Of a stretch of DNA of 64,000 nt, positions 47,480 through 57,062 are shown piece after piece (the stretch's first letter is position 1; every line of letters starts with the position of its first letter). Origin of the DNA: an uncultured Candidatus Saccharibacteria bacterium (GTDB lineage Bacteria > Patescibacteriota > Minisyncoccia > Phycocordibacterales > PALSA-1337); NCBI GenBank assembly GCA_964495685.1, contig CAZBVQ010000001.1, forward strand, positions 169,521-233,520, read 5' to 3'. The notes under the pieces were generated by a model. The model had not been told where the DNA came from. It did no database searches and saw only the letters and a list, made by a program, of their open reading frames with translations. Made by a program: the position numbers and the translations under genes.

Positions 47480-48412
47480 ATGAGATCCCGCCCCTCTTTT
47501 ATCGGCATCTGGACCGCCAGTGTTCTGGCGGTTTCAGCTATGCTGATCGGCGGGATACACTACGCACAAGCTGGTACTGGTCTCACGATACAGCCGATCA
47601 AGGTATCTCAAACTATGAAGCCAGGCGATCAGACTTCTGGCACGATTCGACTTTCCAATGCGAGTGATGAAGATGTTGTGGTCGAACTTTCGGTCCAGGA
47701 TTTCATTCCTGTTGCTGGTGCCGAAACATTCCAATTCGTTAGTCGTGCTCCAGGTGTGACGACTGTCCGTGACTGGATTACTTTTAATGATAAGAAGAAT
47801 TCATTCACATTCAAGCGGGGTGAGATCAAAGAAATTCCCTATGAAATAAAAGCACCACTCAATGCTGAGCCGGGCAGTCATTTCGGTGTACTTTTTTTCA
47901 AGGCAATAAAAGAGTCAGAAGCTCATTCCCAACTGAGGATTGGTACCCAGGTCGGCGTACTCGTTTTCGTTACCATTCCTGGTAAATTTGAGCAGAAGGG
48001 AACTATCAAGGGATTCGAAACCAAATCATTCTACCAAACCGCCCCCGTTTCTTTTGTGATGGAATTCGAAAATCAAGGGACGGTTCATTTCGAGCCAAAG
48101 GGTACCATTGATATCACCAACATGTTCGGGTCCAAGGTGGGATCTGTCCCTATAGAAGGCTATGCTGTTTTGCCGACGGGCGTCAAAAAGATGTCCTTCA
48201 GCTGGAATGTTGCTGGATTTCTGCTCGGCAAATACAGTGCCACGGCATCAGTGTATGATGTTGATGGCAATCTACTCTCGAAGGCATCTGCATCGTTTTG
48301 GGTCGTCCCTGTCTGGTACATAGTATCCTTCATTGTCATACTCCTTGTTCTATTCTTCGTCATTAGGTTTATCAAGAAACGTCTGAAATTCAGTATTAGT
48401 CTCAAGAAATAA
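47480..48412 (+). CDS. Cell-surface protein resembling DUF916/DUF3324 (CscA-like), with C-terminal TM anchor and basic tail
   Basis: Signal peptide, beta-rich ectodomain (GLTIQPIKVSQTMKPGDQTSGTIRLSNASDEDVVVELSV...GSHFGVLFFK), C-terminal TM helix plus KKRLKFSISLKK. Confidence 0.5.
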   Translation: MRSRPSFIGIWTASVLAVSAMLIGGIHYAQAGTGLTIQPIKVSQTMKPGDQTSGTIRLSNASDEDVVVELSVQDFIPVAGAETFQFVSRAPGVTTVRDWITFNDKKNSFTFKRGEIKEIPYEIKAPLNAEPGSHFGVLFFKAIKESEAHSQLRIGTQVGVLVFVTIPGKFEQKGTIKGFETKSFYQTAPVSFVMEFENQGTVHFEPKGTIDITNMFGSKVGSVPIEGYAVLPTGVKKMSFSWNVAGFLLGKYSATASVYDVDGNLLSKASASFWVVPVWYIVSFIVILLVLFFVIRFIKKRLKFSISLKK

Positions 48413-48426
48413 ACCTTGCACCATGA

Positions 48427-49935
48427 ATGAAAAAACTGGCCATCCTCATTGTTATAGGCGCCGTTCTCATTCCGCTCGGTCTCTACGCCAATAGTTTTAA
48501 CCTTACGGTCAGAATCTGTCAGGGGATAGATTGTGGCGACGAAACTCAGCCGTCTACGCCGACCAGCTTGTCAGTAACTGCGGTGACCGATTCGCAGGTC
48601 AATCTGGCATGGGATGCCTCGATTGATCCTGGTTCACCAGCATCGGGCATCATGTGGTATGCCGTATATCGCAATGGCAGTGTATCTCCTGTGGGTACAA
48701 CGACCGGCACCTCATATTCAGATACTGGACTGACCGAGGCGACTTCGTATACGTATACAGTGAGCGCACTCGACAATGCGTACAACGAGAGTGCGCAGAG
48801 TTCAAGTGTCTCGACAACTACACTCCTCACGCACCCTGAGATACCCAATCCTTCCAATGGTTCGCCGACGTCGCAACTTGCGGCAGGCACCACACAGACC
48901 ACGATGTCGCTCGACACGGATATAGCTGCCACGTGTCGATATGGCACTACTGCTGATACGGCATATGCGAGTCTACCCGATACGTTTTCTACTACGGGCG
49001 GAACATCGCATTCGACTGTTATTACTGGCCTTTCAAACGGGACCAATCGTACATTCTATGTGCGATGTCAGAGCTCGTATGGGGTACCGATGACGACTGA
49101 TTATATTATTTCGTTCTCCATCGCTTCGTCGGCAGGATCAAATGGCGGAGGGGGCGGCGGAGGTGGAGGGGGAGGCGGTGGTGCTGCAGGAGCCACGACC
49201 CCGATCAATCCGGTGAATGTGATCGTTCGCGGGGTGGCGTATCCGGGCAGTCACGTCAATCTCCTCAAAGATGGTCAACTTGCAGCTAGTACTCAGGCGG
49301 GACCTGACGCACGTTTCGAGATACAACTCTCTGGGGTGAGTAATGGCACGTATACATTCAGTGTGTGGGCGTCTGACAAGAATGGGGTACGATCGACGTT
49401 GTTCCCTTTCACTGTCACCCTTACATCAGGTGCAACGACGGTCATTAGTGGAGTCTTCATCGCACCGACAGTGAGTGTTGATTATGACACGATCAAGCGA
49501 GGTGACCCGCTTCACGTCATCGGTCAATCAGCGCCCAAGGCGACTGTTTCGGTCATATTCCATTCGGATACCGAAATTATTGAAGATGTGGCTACAGATC
49601 TCGATGGTATATGGACGTATGCCCTAGACACACTTCGCCTGGAGTATGGTGACCATACAGCTCAAGCTCGCTCAAAAAAAGAAAAAGATCTAAGTACACT
49701 CTCGAAAGCTATTACATTCAAAGTCGGTACACAGAGTATTGCCGCCAAGAAAGCACTAGGGTCGTTGAAGGGGGATCTCAATGGAGATGGCCGTGTCGAT
49801 CTAGCCGACTTCAGTATCATGTTGTATTGGTACAAGAGGACGCTCACGGCAAAAGCACCAACAGTCGATATGAATAATGACGGCAAAGTCGATTTGGTCG
49901 ATTTTAGTATCTTCGCGTTCAATTGGACAGGATAA
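48427..49935 (+). CDS. Secreted FN3-domain protein with poly-Gly linker, Ig-like domains and C-terminal dockerin-like module
   Basis: The FN3 region runs LSVTAVTDSQVNLAWDAS...YTYTVSALD. A 20-Gly run follows. The C-terminus carries two dockerin Ca-binding repeats: DLNGDGRVDLADFSIM and DMNNDGKVDLVDFSIF. Confidence 0.7.
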   Translation: MKKLAILIVIGAVLIPLGLYANSFNLTVRICQGIDCGDETQPSTPTSLSVTAVTDSQVNLAWDASIDPGSPASGIMWYAVYRNGSVSPVGTTTGTSYSDTGLTEATSYTYTVSALDNAYNESAQSSSVSTTTLLTHPEIPNPSNGSPTSQLAAGTTQTTMSLDTDIAATCRYGTTADTAYASLPDTFSTTGGTSHSTVITGLSNGTNRTFYVRCQSSYGVPMTTDYIISFSIASSAGSNGGGGGGGGGGGGGAAGATTPINPVNVIVRGVAYPGSHVNLLKDGQLAASTQAGPDARFEIQLSGVSNGTYTFSVWASDKNGVRSTLFPFTVTLTSGATTVISGVFIAPTVSVDYDTIKRGDPLHVIGQSAPKATVSVIFHSDTEIIEDVATDLDGIWTYALDTLRLEYGDHTAQARSKKEKDLSTLSKAITFKVGTQSIAAKKALGSLKGDLNGDGRVDLADFSIMLYWYKRTLTAKAPTVDMNNDGKVDLVDFSIFAFNWTG

Positions 49936-50858
49936 TGCCTATGATATTTTCCCGAAAAAGCATACGTATATGTACTCGAGCACTTTCCATCATTGTGGTG
50001 GCATTCCTGCCGCACGTCTTGCATGCGGCGAGTATTCAGTTCGACGGGTCGAGTCATACTGTCGGGACCAATTCACCATTCTTAGTACACCTGACTATTG
50101 ATTCCGATACGCCTGTCAATGCCATACGAGTTGTCATCGACATTCCTGAATATACCGATGTGGTCGACGTCTCAGACGGTAATTCTGTCATCAATATGTG
50201 GATAGAACGTCCGCATCTTATATCGCCGAGGCAGCTCGTATTCGCTGGTATTGTTCCGGGAGGATTCAAGGGCATTCGCGGTACACTGATCACCTTCGCG
50301 GCAAAGTCCTTCAAGGAGGGCAAGGGAAGTTTCATCGTCAATGCCTCGTCTCGGGTGTATGCCAATGATGAACATGCTACGCCGCAGACGATTACGTCTC
50401 GACCACTCGATCTCGCTTTCGTGAATGGTCGCGACAATGTAATAACAATTACCCCAGATCGCGCACCTCCCGAACCATTCAAGCCTATCCTGGTCAAGAT
50501 GCCAGATGGGGATGTGGGGAGTTGGGCGGTATCATTCGAGACGCAAGACAAAGACTCAGGGATTGCCTCGTATTCAGTAGTCGAGTCGGTCTCTAGGCAT
50601 GCCATCGATGCCACTGACACCATGCTGCGATTACCGTGGCGCGAAGTCGAAAGTCCGTACATTCTGGCTGATCAGCAGCTGCAATCATACGTCTATATCA
50701 AAGCGACTGACGTGATGGGTAACAGTCGTTTCGGATACATCGCACCCATCCACGGTCTTTCATGGTATCGAACGCCTGGAGGGTATATACTTATAGCGTT
50801 ACTCATTTTCACTGCGCTCTATGTCATCGCTCGTCGCCTACATGTGGTCACGCGTTAG
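49923..50858 (+). CDS. Membrane-anchored cohesin-like domain protein
   Basis: Signal peptide, then a beta-sandwich region with cohesin-like pattern (SIQFDGSSHTVGTNSPFLVHLTIDSD...VINMWIERP...GTLITFAAKSFKEG), and a C-terminal TM anchor. Confidence 0.5.
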   Translation: MDRIMPMIFSRKSIRICTRALSIIVVAFLPHVLHAASIQFDGSSHTVGTNSPFLVHLTIDSDTPVNAIRVVIDIPEYTDVVDVSDGNSVINMWIERPHLISPRQLVFAGIVPGGFKGIRGTLITFAAKSFKEGKGSFIVNASSRVYANDEHATPQTITSRPLDLAFVNGRDNVITITPDRAPPEPFKPILVKMPDGDVGSWAVSFETQDKDSGIASYSVVESVSRHAIDATDTMLRLPWREVESPYILADQQLQSYVYIKATDVMGNSRFGYIAPIHGLSWYRTPGGYILIALLIFTALYVIARRLHVVTR

Positions 50859-52263
50859 ACGCTCTCGCTGGGCGTCGGTTGTAATGGTTGTGGCCATTTT
50901 TCTTGTATATAGCCATGCGGTATCGGCTGCCACACTATCAGTCGTGCCACTAGGTGGATCGACCTACAGTGTCGGGCAACTTTTTTCTGTTGCCGTCATG
51001 GCGGGCGCCTCTGACGCTAGCCCGCTCAATGCGGTCTCTGGTGTATTGTCATACCCGACCAACGTGCTCCAAGTAGTATCGGTCGACAAGGGTGGCAGTA
51101 TCATCAATTTCTGGATAAGTGAACCAGCATATAGCAACGCCTCGGGTCGCGCACAGTTCGAGGGGGGAGTCTACAATCCTGGATTCGCTGGTGCCCAAGG
51201 TAAGGTGGTCACCTATCTTTTCAAAGTCAAAGCCGCAGGATCTGCCGACATTGGTTTTGCCACGGCGTCTATCCTCGCTAATGATGGACAGGGTACCAAT
51301 ATTCTCGAGCGCACGATTCCAGCGCGTCTTGTACTGACTGCTGGATCGTCTGACGAAACATCAGTGCCTGATTCGGTCGTGCCGATTCCTGGTGTGGCTA
51401 TACGTTCTGGTACACATCCAGATCAGAGCGCCTGGTACAATTCGACGATGGTGGCTCTGGCCTGGGATCTCCCTACGGGTGCGATGGCGGTGCGTACGGG
51501 TCTCGACCAGAGTATTCGTTCGAATCCGACGACGCTCGCCCCATCTCTTATTTCCGAGACGACATTCAATGTCGGTGAGGGCACGTGGTATTTCCATGTA
51601 CAGATCAAGGATGTACAAGGGTGGGGTCCGGTGTCTACGTTCAGGATCAATGTCGATACTACAGCGGTCAACCCTCCGGTTTTCGACAGATTCCCAGCTA
51701 TCCTGACCGAAGGAGAAGTTCTCTTGATATCGGGTATCGCGCCGAAGAATGCGTTGGTCACGCTCACGTTGGGGGACTCGCATGGTGAGAAACAGCAACA
51801 GTCTGCCAAAGCGGGTGATGATGGTAGATTCCAAGCAGTGTGGCAGCGTGAGTTGGGGAGTGATTCATATACCTTGAATGCGGAGGCGGTCAGTAGTAGA
51901 GGGATCAAAAGTTCTCGCAGTCAGGATATGGTCATCACAGTTCAGCCGACAGCGCTCCAGCGTGTAGCTCGTCCGGCACTCAACTACGCGACCATGTTTG
52001 CACTCGTCGCTGGTCTCATATTCCTGTGCGTTCTCTGGACCTGGTATCTGATCCAGCATTTCCGTCATTTCCGCAAGAAAGTACGTGCTGATGTGAAGCG
52101 CGCCAATCAGCTCATTCATGTCGAATTCAAGAAAGTGCTCGATCAAGCACGCGGCAAGCGTCGCCTGACCGCTGAGGAGGAGCGCATGCTCTCAATGATC
52201 CGTGAAGGTATCCATGACATCGAAGAGGAAGTGGAGAAAGATGTCCGCGAGATAGGGCAGTGA
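50821..52263 (+). CDS. Membrane-anchored cohesin-like domain protein (paralog of upstream gene) with C-terminal TM and cytoplasmic coiled tail
   Basis: TLSVVPLGGSTYSVGQLFSVAV...VLSYPTNVLQVVSVDKGGSII...GKVVTYLFKVKAAGSADIGF matches the cohesin family pattern. A C-terminal TM helix follows. Confidence 0.55.
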   Translation: MSSLVAYMWSRVRRSRWASVVMVVAIFLVYSHAVSAATLSVVPLGGSTYSVGQLFSVAVMAGASDASPLNAVSGVLSYPTNVLQVVSVDKGGSIINFWISEPAYSNASGRAQFEGGVYNPGFAGAQGKVVTYLFKVKAAGSADIGFATASILANDGQGTNILERTIPARLVLTAGSSDETSVPDSVVPIPGVAIRSGTHPDQSAWYNSTMVALAWDLPTGAMAVRTGLDQSIRSNPTTLAPSLISETTFNVGEGTWYFHVQIKDVQGWGPVSTFRINVDTTAVNPPVFDRFPAILTEGEVLLISGIAPKNALVTLTLGDSHGEKQQQSAKAGDDGRFQAVWQRELGSDSYTLNAEAVSSRGIKSSRSQDMVITVQPTALQRVARPALNYATMFALVAGLIFLCVLWTWYLIQHFRHFRKKVRADVKRANQLIHVEFKKVLDQARGKRRLTAEEERMLSMIREGIHDIEEEVEKDVREIGQ

Positions 52264-52386
52264 CGTGGTGAGTTACGCAGAATACTTGTCTCACATATCT
52301 GCACGTGTCGCGACAGTAATTCTCGGACACATTTCTTGACTAGTCCGCAAGTAGACAAAGTGCGGGAGCTTCACTAGAATGCCTGT

Positions 52387-54333
52387 ATGAAACGGAAGGC
52401 TGGGAAGGCCATTGCATCGGTACGGACTGCGACGAAAGGGAAACGCGCATCGTCGAGGCTTTCCGCCCCCGCATCTCGCCCCAAAGTGGGCAAACTCAGT
52501 CACAAATACATATTCGTTATCGGTGGTGTCATGTCTGGCGTCGGTAAGGGCGTAGCTACATCATCTATCGGTACACTCTTGGGCGCCAAGGGATTCAAGG
52601 TCAATCTGGTCAAGGTGGATCCGTACTTGAATGTGGATGCTGGCACCATGAATCCGATCGAGCACGGCGAAGTGTTCGTACTCAATTCAGGCCTAGAAAC
52701 AGATCAAGATATGGGCAACTATGAGCGCTTCCTCAATCGTGATCTGACAGGTGACGACTATATTACGAGTGGCATGGTCTATAAGCACGTGATCGAGAAG
52801 GAGCGTGCGCTCGGCTATGGCGGCAAGTGTGTTGAAGCTGTCCCACATATTCGTGATGAGATCGTCAGACGTTTCGAACATTCCGCCAAAGTAAACAAGT
52901 CAGATGTCTCCATCATCGAGATCGGTGGTACAGTCGGTGACTATCAAAACATCATGTTCATCGAGGCGGCACGCGCCCTCAAGATTCGTCACCCGCACGA
53001 TGTGGCTTTCATCATGGTTTCGTATTTGCCGACACCGGGGACGCTCGGTGAGATGAAGACGCGACCGACACAAAATGCGGTGCACCAGCTGGCTTCATAT
53101 GGTGTCACTACTGATATTGTGATTGCTCGTGCCTCGACACCGCTCGATGAGCGCCGCAAAGAGAAGATAGCAACGGCTTGCAATATTTTGTCGCGCCGTG
53201 TCATTTCGGCGCCTGATATCAAGAGTATCTATGATGTACCGGTCAATTTCGAGGCCGATAAGCTGGCAGATATCATCCTCGAAGTGTTGCATGTCGATCG
53301 GGAGACTACGTCTGCGCTCAGTAAGACACCCATCATTTCTCTTGCTGATTGGAAGAAGATGGCGCGCGGCATCAAGAATCGTGATGGGGCAGAGCTCAAT
53401 ATAGCCATCGTGGGCAAGTATTTCAATACAGGAGATTTCGTCCTGACTGATGCGTATCTATCGGTCTTGGAGGCGGTGAAGTTTTCGGCATACGCAGTCG
53501 GAGTGAAGGCCAATATTTATACGATCAATGCGAGGGATTTCGAGAATGAAAAATCATCCACCTTCGCCAAGGCTACGGCGGACAAGAAAGGCAAAGGGCA
53601 AAAGTCCAAACAGGAGACATTCCCGTATGGCAAATTGGATGACATGGACGGCATCATTGTGCCGGGTGGTTTCGGCGAATCTGGTATCGAAGGCAAGCTC
53701 AATGTCATCCGCTACGCTCGTGAGAATGGTATTCCATACTTCGGTCTCTGCTACGGTATGCAGCTCATGACCATCGAGTATGCCCGCAACGTTCTCGGTC
53801 TCAAGGGTGCACATACTGCCGAGATTGATCCGAAGTCGCCACATCTCATCATCGACATCATGCCTGACCAGAAAAAGAAGATTGCTGAGGGCAATTATGG
53901 TGGTTCGATGCGTCTCGGTCTCTATCCGGCCAAATTACTCAAGGGGTCACTTGCGCAGCGTGCGTATTCATATTTCGGCAACACCAAGCTCGATCGCCCG
54001 ACGACCACCATCAAAGAGCGTCACCGCCATCGCTACGAGGTCAATCCTGCCTATATCGAGCGACTGGAGAAGGCGGGTTTGATATTCTCGGGCAAGTCTC
54101 CCAACGGCACTCTGATGGAGATCGCTGAATTGCCCAATGCGATGCACCCCTTCTTCCTCGGTACACAGTTCCATCCGGAGCTTCTGGCACGACCACTTAT
54201 GCCACATCCTTTGTTCACGGAGTTCATGCGCGCTGCGCGGGATCGCAACAAGCAGATGGATCGTGTGGCGCTGATGCAGATCCAGGAGCCTGTTGAGGGT
54301 GATATGATTCGTAACGTTGAGGATGATTTCTAG
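52387..54333 (+). CDS. pyrG: CTP synthase PyrG (annotated ATG gives about 40 aa N-terminal extension; GTG ~52484 possible start)
   Basis: N-terminal KYIFVIGGVMSGVGKG synthase domain and C-terminal glutamine amidotransferase with GLCYGMQ catalytic Cys and the His/Glu region. Confidence 0.95.
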   Translation: MKRKAGKAIASVRTATKGKRASSRLSAPASRPKVGKLSHKYIFVIGGVMSGVGKGVATSSIGTLLGAKGFKVNLVKVDPYLNVDAGTMNPIEHGEVFVLNSGLETDQDMGNYERFLNRDLTGDDYITSGMVYKHVIEKERALGYGGKCVEAVPHIRDEIVRRFEHSAKVNKSDVSIIEIGGTVGDYQNIMFIEAARALKIRHPHDVAFIMVSYLPTPGTLGEMKTRPTQNAVHQLASYGVTTDIVIARASTPLDERRKEKIATACNILSRRVISAPDIKSIYDVPVNFEADKLADIILEVLHVDRETTSALSKTPIISLADWKKMARGIKNRDGAELNIAIVGKYFNTGDFVLTDAYLSVLEAVKFSAYAVGVKANIYTINARDFENEKSSTFAKATADKKGKGQKSKQETFPYGKLDDMDGIIVPGGFGESGIEGKLNVIRYARENGIPYFGLCYGMQLMTIEYARNVLGLKGAHTAEIDPKSPHLIIDIMPDQKKKIAEGNYGGSMRLGLYPAKLLKGSLAQRAYSYFGNTKLDRPTTTIKERHRHRYEVNPAYIERLEKAGLIFSGKSPNGTLMEIAELPNAMHPFFLGTQFHPELLARPLMPHPLFTEFMRAARDRNKQMDRVALMQIQEPVEGDMIRNVEDDF

Positions 54334-54359
54334 GCCGGGTCTGAACAAATGTATTTTAT

Positions 54360-54974
54360 ATGACTCTCAAAGATATTATTAAATTCAGCACACTACTTAC
54401 AAAGCTTCAGAATACAAAGAGGGTCATTTATGTATGCAATGAAAATCGCCTAGAAAATGACGTTGAACATAGCTATATGCTCGCTATGCTGGCATGGTAT
54501 TTCGTTGAAAGCGACCATTTGGATTTGGATGTTGCCAAGATTATACAGTACGCAATGGTACACGATTTGGTAGAAGTATATGCAGGCGATGTGTATCTCT
54601 ATGAAACCAATCAGACAATACGGAATAACAAACACAAAAAGGAACGTCAGGCCGCAGCACGTATCAGAAGAGAATTCCCGAAGTTTCAACAACTTCATAC
54701 TCTTATTCAGGCGTATGAGGGAAAAGTGGATGCTGAAAGTAAGTTCGTGTACGCCTTAGATAAAGTTCAGCCAGTTATTCAGATTTATCTTGATCGAGGA
54801 CGCACGTGGAACAAAAAGAAAATAACATTGAAAATGCTTATTGATGCAAAAAAAGACAAGGTCGCACTGTCAAAACCAGTTCGGCACGCATTTGATGAAC
54901 TCGTTTCTTTTTTGAAACATAGGGAGAAAAAGTTATTCAAATTTAAATATCATGACCCAAGAACACGAAGTTAA
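54360..54974 (+). CDS. HD-domain phosphohydrolase (YfbR-like 5'-deoxynucleotidase family)
   Basis: HD motif residues in VEHSYMLA...MVHDLVEVYAGD. The gene is AT-rich. Confidence 0.75.
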   Translation: MTLKDIIKFSTLLTKLQNTKRVIYVCNENRLENDVEHSYMLAMLAWYFVESDHLDLDVAKIIQYAMVHDLVEVYAGDVYLYETNQTIRNNKHKKERQAAARIRREFPKFQQLHTLIQAYEGKVDAESKFVYALDKVQPVIQIYLDRGRTWNKKKITLKMLIDAKKDKVALSKPVRHAFDELVSFLKHREKKLFKFKYHDPRTRS

Positions 54975-55539
54975 AGTCCTAAATATCGACGTTGCTGACA
55001 TTACACGCAAGCTCAAAAAGATTGGCGCCAAGAAGAAGGGTGACTTCTTTTATCGTTCGTGTTCCTTCGACTATGAAGGATTTCCGCTGGATAAGAAGAT
55101 GTCATGGATACGTCTGCGCGATGAGGGCGACAAGGTCCGTCTCGCGTACAAGCGTCGACTGGGTGTGAAATCCAGTAAGGGTGATGATGCTGGCATGGAG
55201 GAGATTGAGTTTGATGTTGGTCACTATGACAAAGCACGGCATTTCCTACACAAGATCGGCCTTATTCTCAAATTTGGCCAGGAGAAGAAACGTACTCGCT
55301 GGGTCAAAGGGAATATTGAGTTTGATATAGATACGTGTCCACGACTGGCGCCTTATCTGGAAATAGAAGGGAAGACCGAGGCTGCGATGAAGCGGGGCAT
55401 CAAGCTACTGGGCATAGATCCCCAAAATTGTAGGCGTTTTTCGACGACACAGCTTTATGAGATGCAAGGTATTCGCGACAAGGACTACATTTCCATGACT
55501 TTCGATGAGTTTGTGAAGAGAGATGGTAAGCGGAAATAA
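54952..55539 (+). CDS. CYTH-domain protein (CyaB-like triphosphate tunnel metalloenzyme / class IV adenylyl cyclase family)
   Basis: N-terminal EHEVKV (ExExK motif), WIRLRDEGDKVRLAYKRR, and C-terminal acidic IEFDID...LEIEG. It overlaps the HD gene by 23 nt. Confidence 0.75.
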   Translation: MTQEHEVKVLNIDVADITRKLKKIGAKKKGDFFYRSCSFDYEGFPLDKKMSWIRLRDEGDKVRLAYKRRLGVKSSKGDDAGMEEIEFDVGHYDKARHFLHKIGLILKFGQEKKRTRWVKGNIEFDIDTCPRLAPYLEIEGKTEAAMKRGIKLLGIDPQNCRRFSTTQLYEMQGIRDKDYISMTFDEFVKRDGKRK

Positions 55540-55575
55540 TTCTAGGTCGGGCCTAGAATTTGCTACAATATAGCC

Positions 55576-56454
55576 ATGACTATTGGCATCGGTATCGGTC
55601 TCGCATTTGTCGCCATGCTCTGTTGGGGTTTCGGCGATTTTCTTATTCAGAAGTCCACTAGGAAGCTCGGGGATTGGGAGACACTGTTCATCATTACTGG
55701 GATTGGCGCTGTTCTGCTCCTGCCGTTCGTCTGGCATTCACTCGGTCAACTCTGGCAGGCGGATAGCCACGTCTGGACAGTACTCATCGGTGCGTCACTC
55801 GTCCTATTCGTTGCTGCATTACTCGAATTCGAGGCTCTGCGTCGTGGTAAGCTGGCGGTCGTCGAGCCTATTTGGTCTTTCGAAATACCTGCGGCAGCGG
55901 TACTGGCCTACCTATTCTTGGGAGAACATATCACCTGGTTCCAGATCGTCCTAGCTGTCATGCTCATTGTCTCGCTGGCGTTCGTTTCATTCCGCGGCAA
56001 GAAATTTACACTTAGATTTTTCATCGAGCGTGGCGTCATCATCTCGTTCATCTCCGCGATCGCCATGGGCTGTGCCAACTTCTTCATGGGATGGGGTGGG
56101 CGAGTGGCTGATCCGCTCATGGTCAACTTCTTCACTGACGTGGCGCTGATGCTCATGTGTGGTCTCTATCTAGTCATTCATGGCAAGCTCGGCTCAGTCT
56201 TTTCGGATATTCGCCACGGCTTCGCTACAGTTATACCCATGTCTATTGCCGACAAGGCCGCTTGGGTGGCGTATGTCTTCTCCATGTCGCTTATCCCGAT
56301 CGCGGTAGCTACGGCACTCTCGGAAAGCTATATCATCATCGCGGTACTCCTCGGCTTGTTCGTTAACAAGGAGCGACTTCAGGGACACCAGAAAATAGGG
56401 CTTATTACAGCCATTATAGCGGCCATTGTTCTTGCTTCTACGACATCAGTATAG
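55576..56454 (+). CDS. EamA/DMT-family transporter
   Basis: 10-TM protein with duplicated EamA-like halves. Confidence 0.75.
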   Translation: MTIGIGIGLAFVAMLCWGFGDFLIQKSTRKLGDWETLFIITGIGAVLLLPFVWHSLGQLWQADSHVWTVLIGASLVLFVAALLEFEALRRGKLAVVEPIWSFEIPAAAVLAYLFLGEHITWFQIVLAVMLIVSLAFVSFRGKKFTLRFFIERGVIISFISAIAMGCANFFMGWGGRVADPLMVNFFTDVALMLMCGLYLVIHGKLGSVFSDIRHGFATVIPMSIADKAAWVAYVFSMSLIPIAVATALSESYIIIAVLLGLFVNKERLQGHQKIGLITAIIAAIVLASTTSV

Positions 56455-56502
56455 CCACTTGTCAAGAGTGAGGAAATAGGGTAGTATAAATGGCCGTGAT
56501 CT

Positions 56503-57006
56503 TTGAATGTCAGTCAACCCTTCGGAGGAACCATAAAGACAATACAATTCGTCGTGGGAGGAGCAGTGTTCGTGATCTGCGAAATTCTGTTCTGGCCCTC
56601 ATTCTATTCAGTTGGATTTCATGAGGTGCTCAGCAAATACGATCTTACCACCGCCTTCTGGATGCTCTTTTCAGCGGAATTGGTGCTGACGTTCCTGTGC
56701 ATCCTTGTGTATGATGCGTTCAAGAGAGACCTGTTCGGCATCGAGCACGCCAAGCAGTACCTCAAGAAGCACCTACACATCAACAACGGCTGGACGGCCC
56801 GCAAAATGCTGTTCACGCTACTGTCGTTCGTCGGACTTTTCTTCCTCGTGTCGGCACCTGGTCTGACGCTGTGCTTCCGCAAGGAAGGGAAACGGGGGAT
56901 TCATCTCGGTGGATTCTTCTTCATCCTCGTGGTGGTCCTAATCAAGACGTATGTGTATTCCCGGATCCACATCCACTTGTCGCCTTTTTACAAGGTTGTA
57001 CATTGA
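56503..57006 (+). CDS. Hypothetical integral membrane protein
   Basis: 167 aa with 4 predicted TM helices. Confidence 0.5.
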   Translation: MNVSQPFGGTIKTIQFVVGGAVFVICEILFWPSFYSVGFHEVLSKYDLTTAFWMLFSAELVLTFLCILVYDAFKRDLFGIEHAKQYLKKHLHINNGWTARKMLFTLLSFVGLFFLVSAPGLTLCFRKEGKRGIHLGGFFFILVVVLIKTYVYSRIHIHLSPFYKVVH

Positions 57007-57025
57007 CCATCTTGTCCTTTCTTCA

Positions 57026-57060
57026 CCCCGCCTCGCGAGTCCTCGCAAGGCGGGCGTTTT
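57026..57060 (+). terminator. Rho-independent terminator
   Basis: CCCGCCTCGCGA-GTCC-TCGCAAGGCGGG followed by CGTTTT. Confidence 0.55.
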
Positions 57061-57062
57061 GT

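Noticed and set aside
49138-49200. Run of GGC/GGA/GGG triplets (possible tandem repeat or CRISPR-like regularity)
   Set aside because: It encodes an in-frame poly-Gly linker (about 20 Gly) within the FN3/dockerin protein. There is no repeat-spacer architecture, and no CRISPR array was detected anywhere in the window.
56871-57062. N-terminal 64 aa extension of the trhO ORF overlapping the upstream membrane-protein gene
   Set aside because: The extension overlaps gene 56503..57006 and a terminator hairpin. The conserved YceA N-terminus begins at the internal ATG 57063 or 57090.
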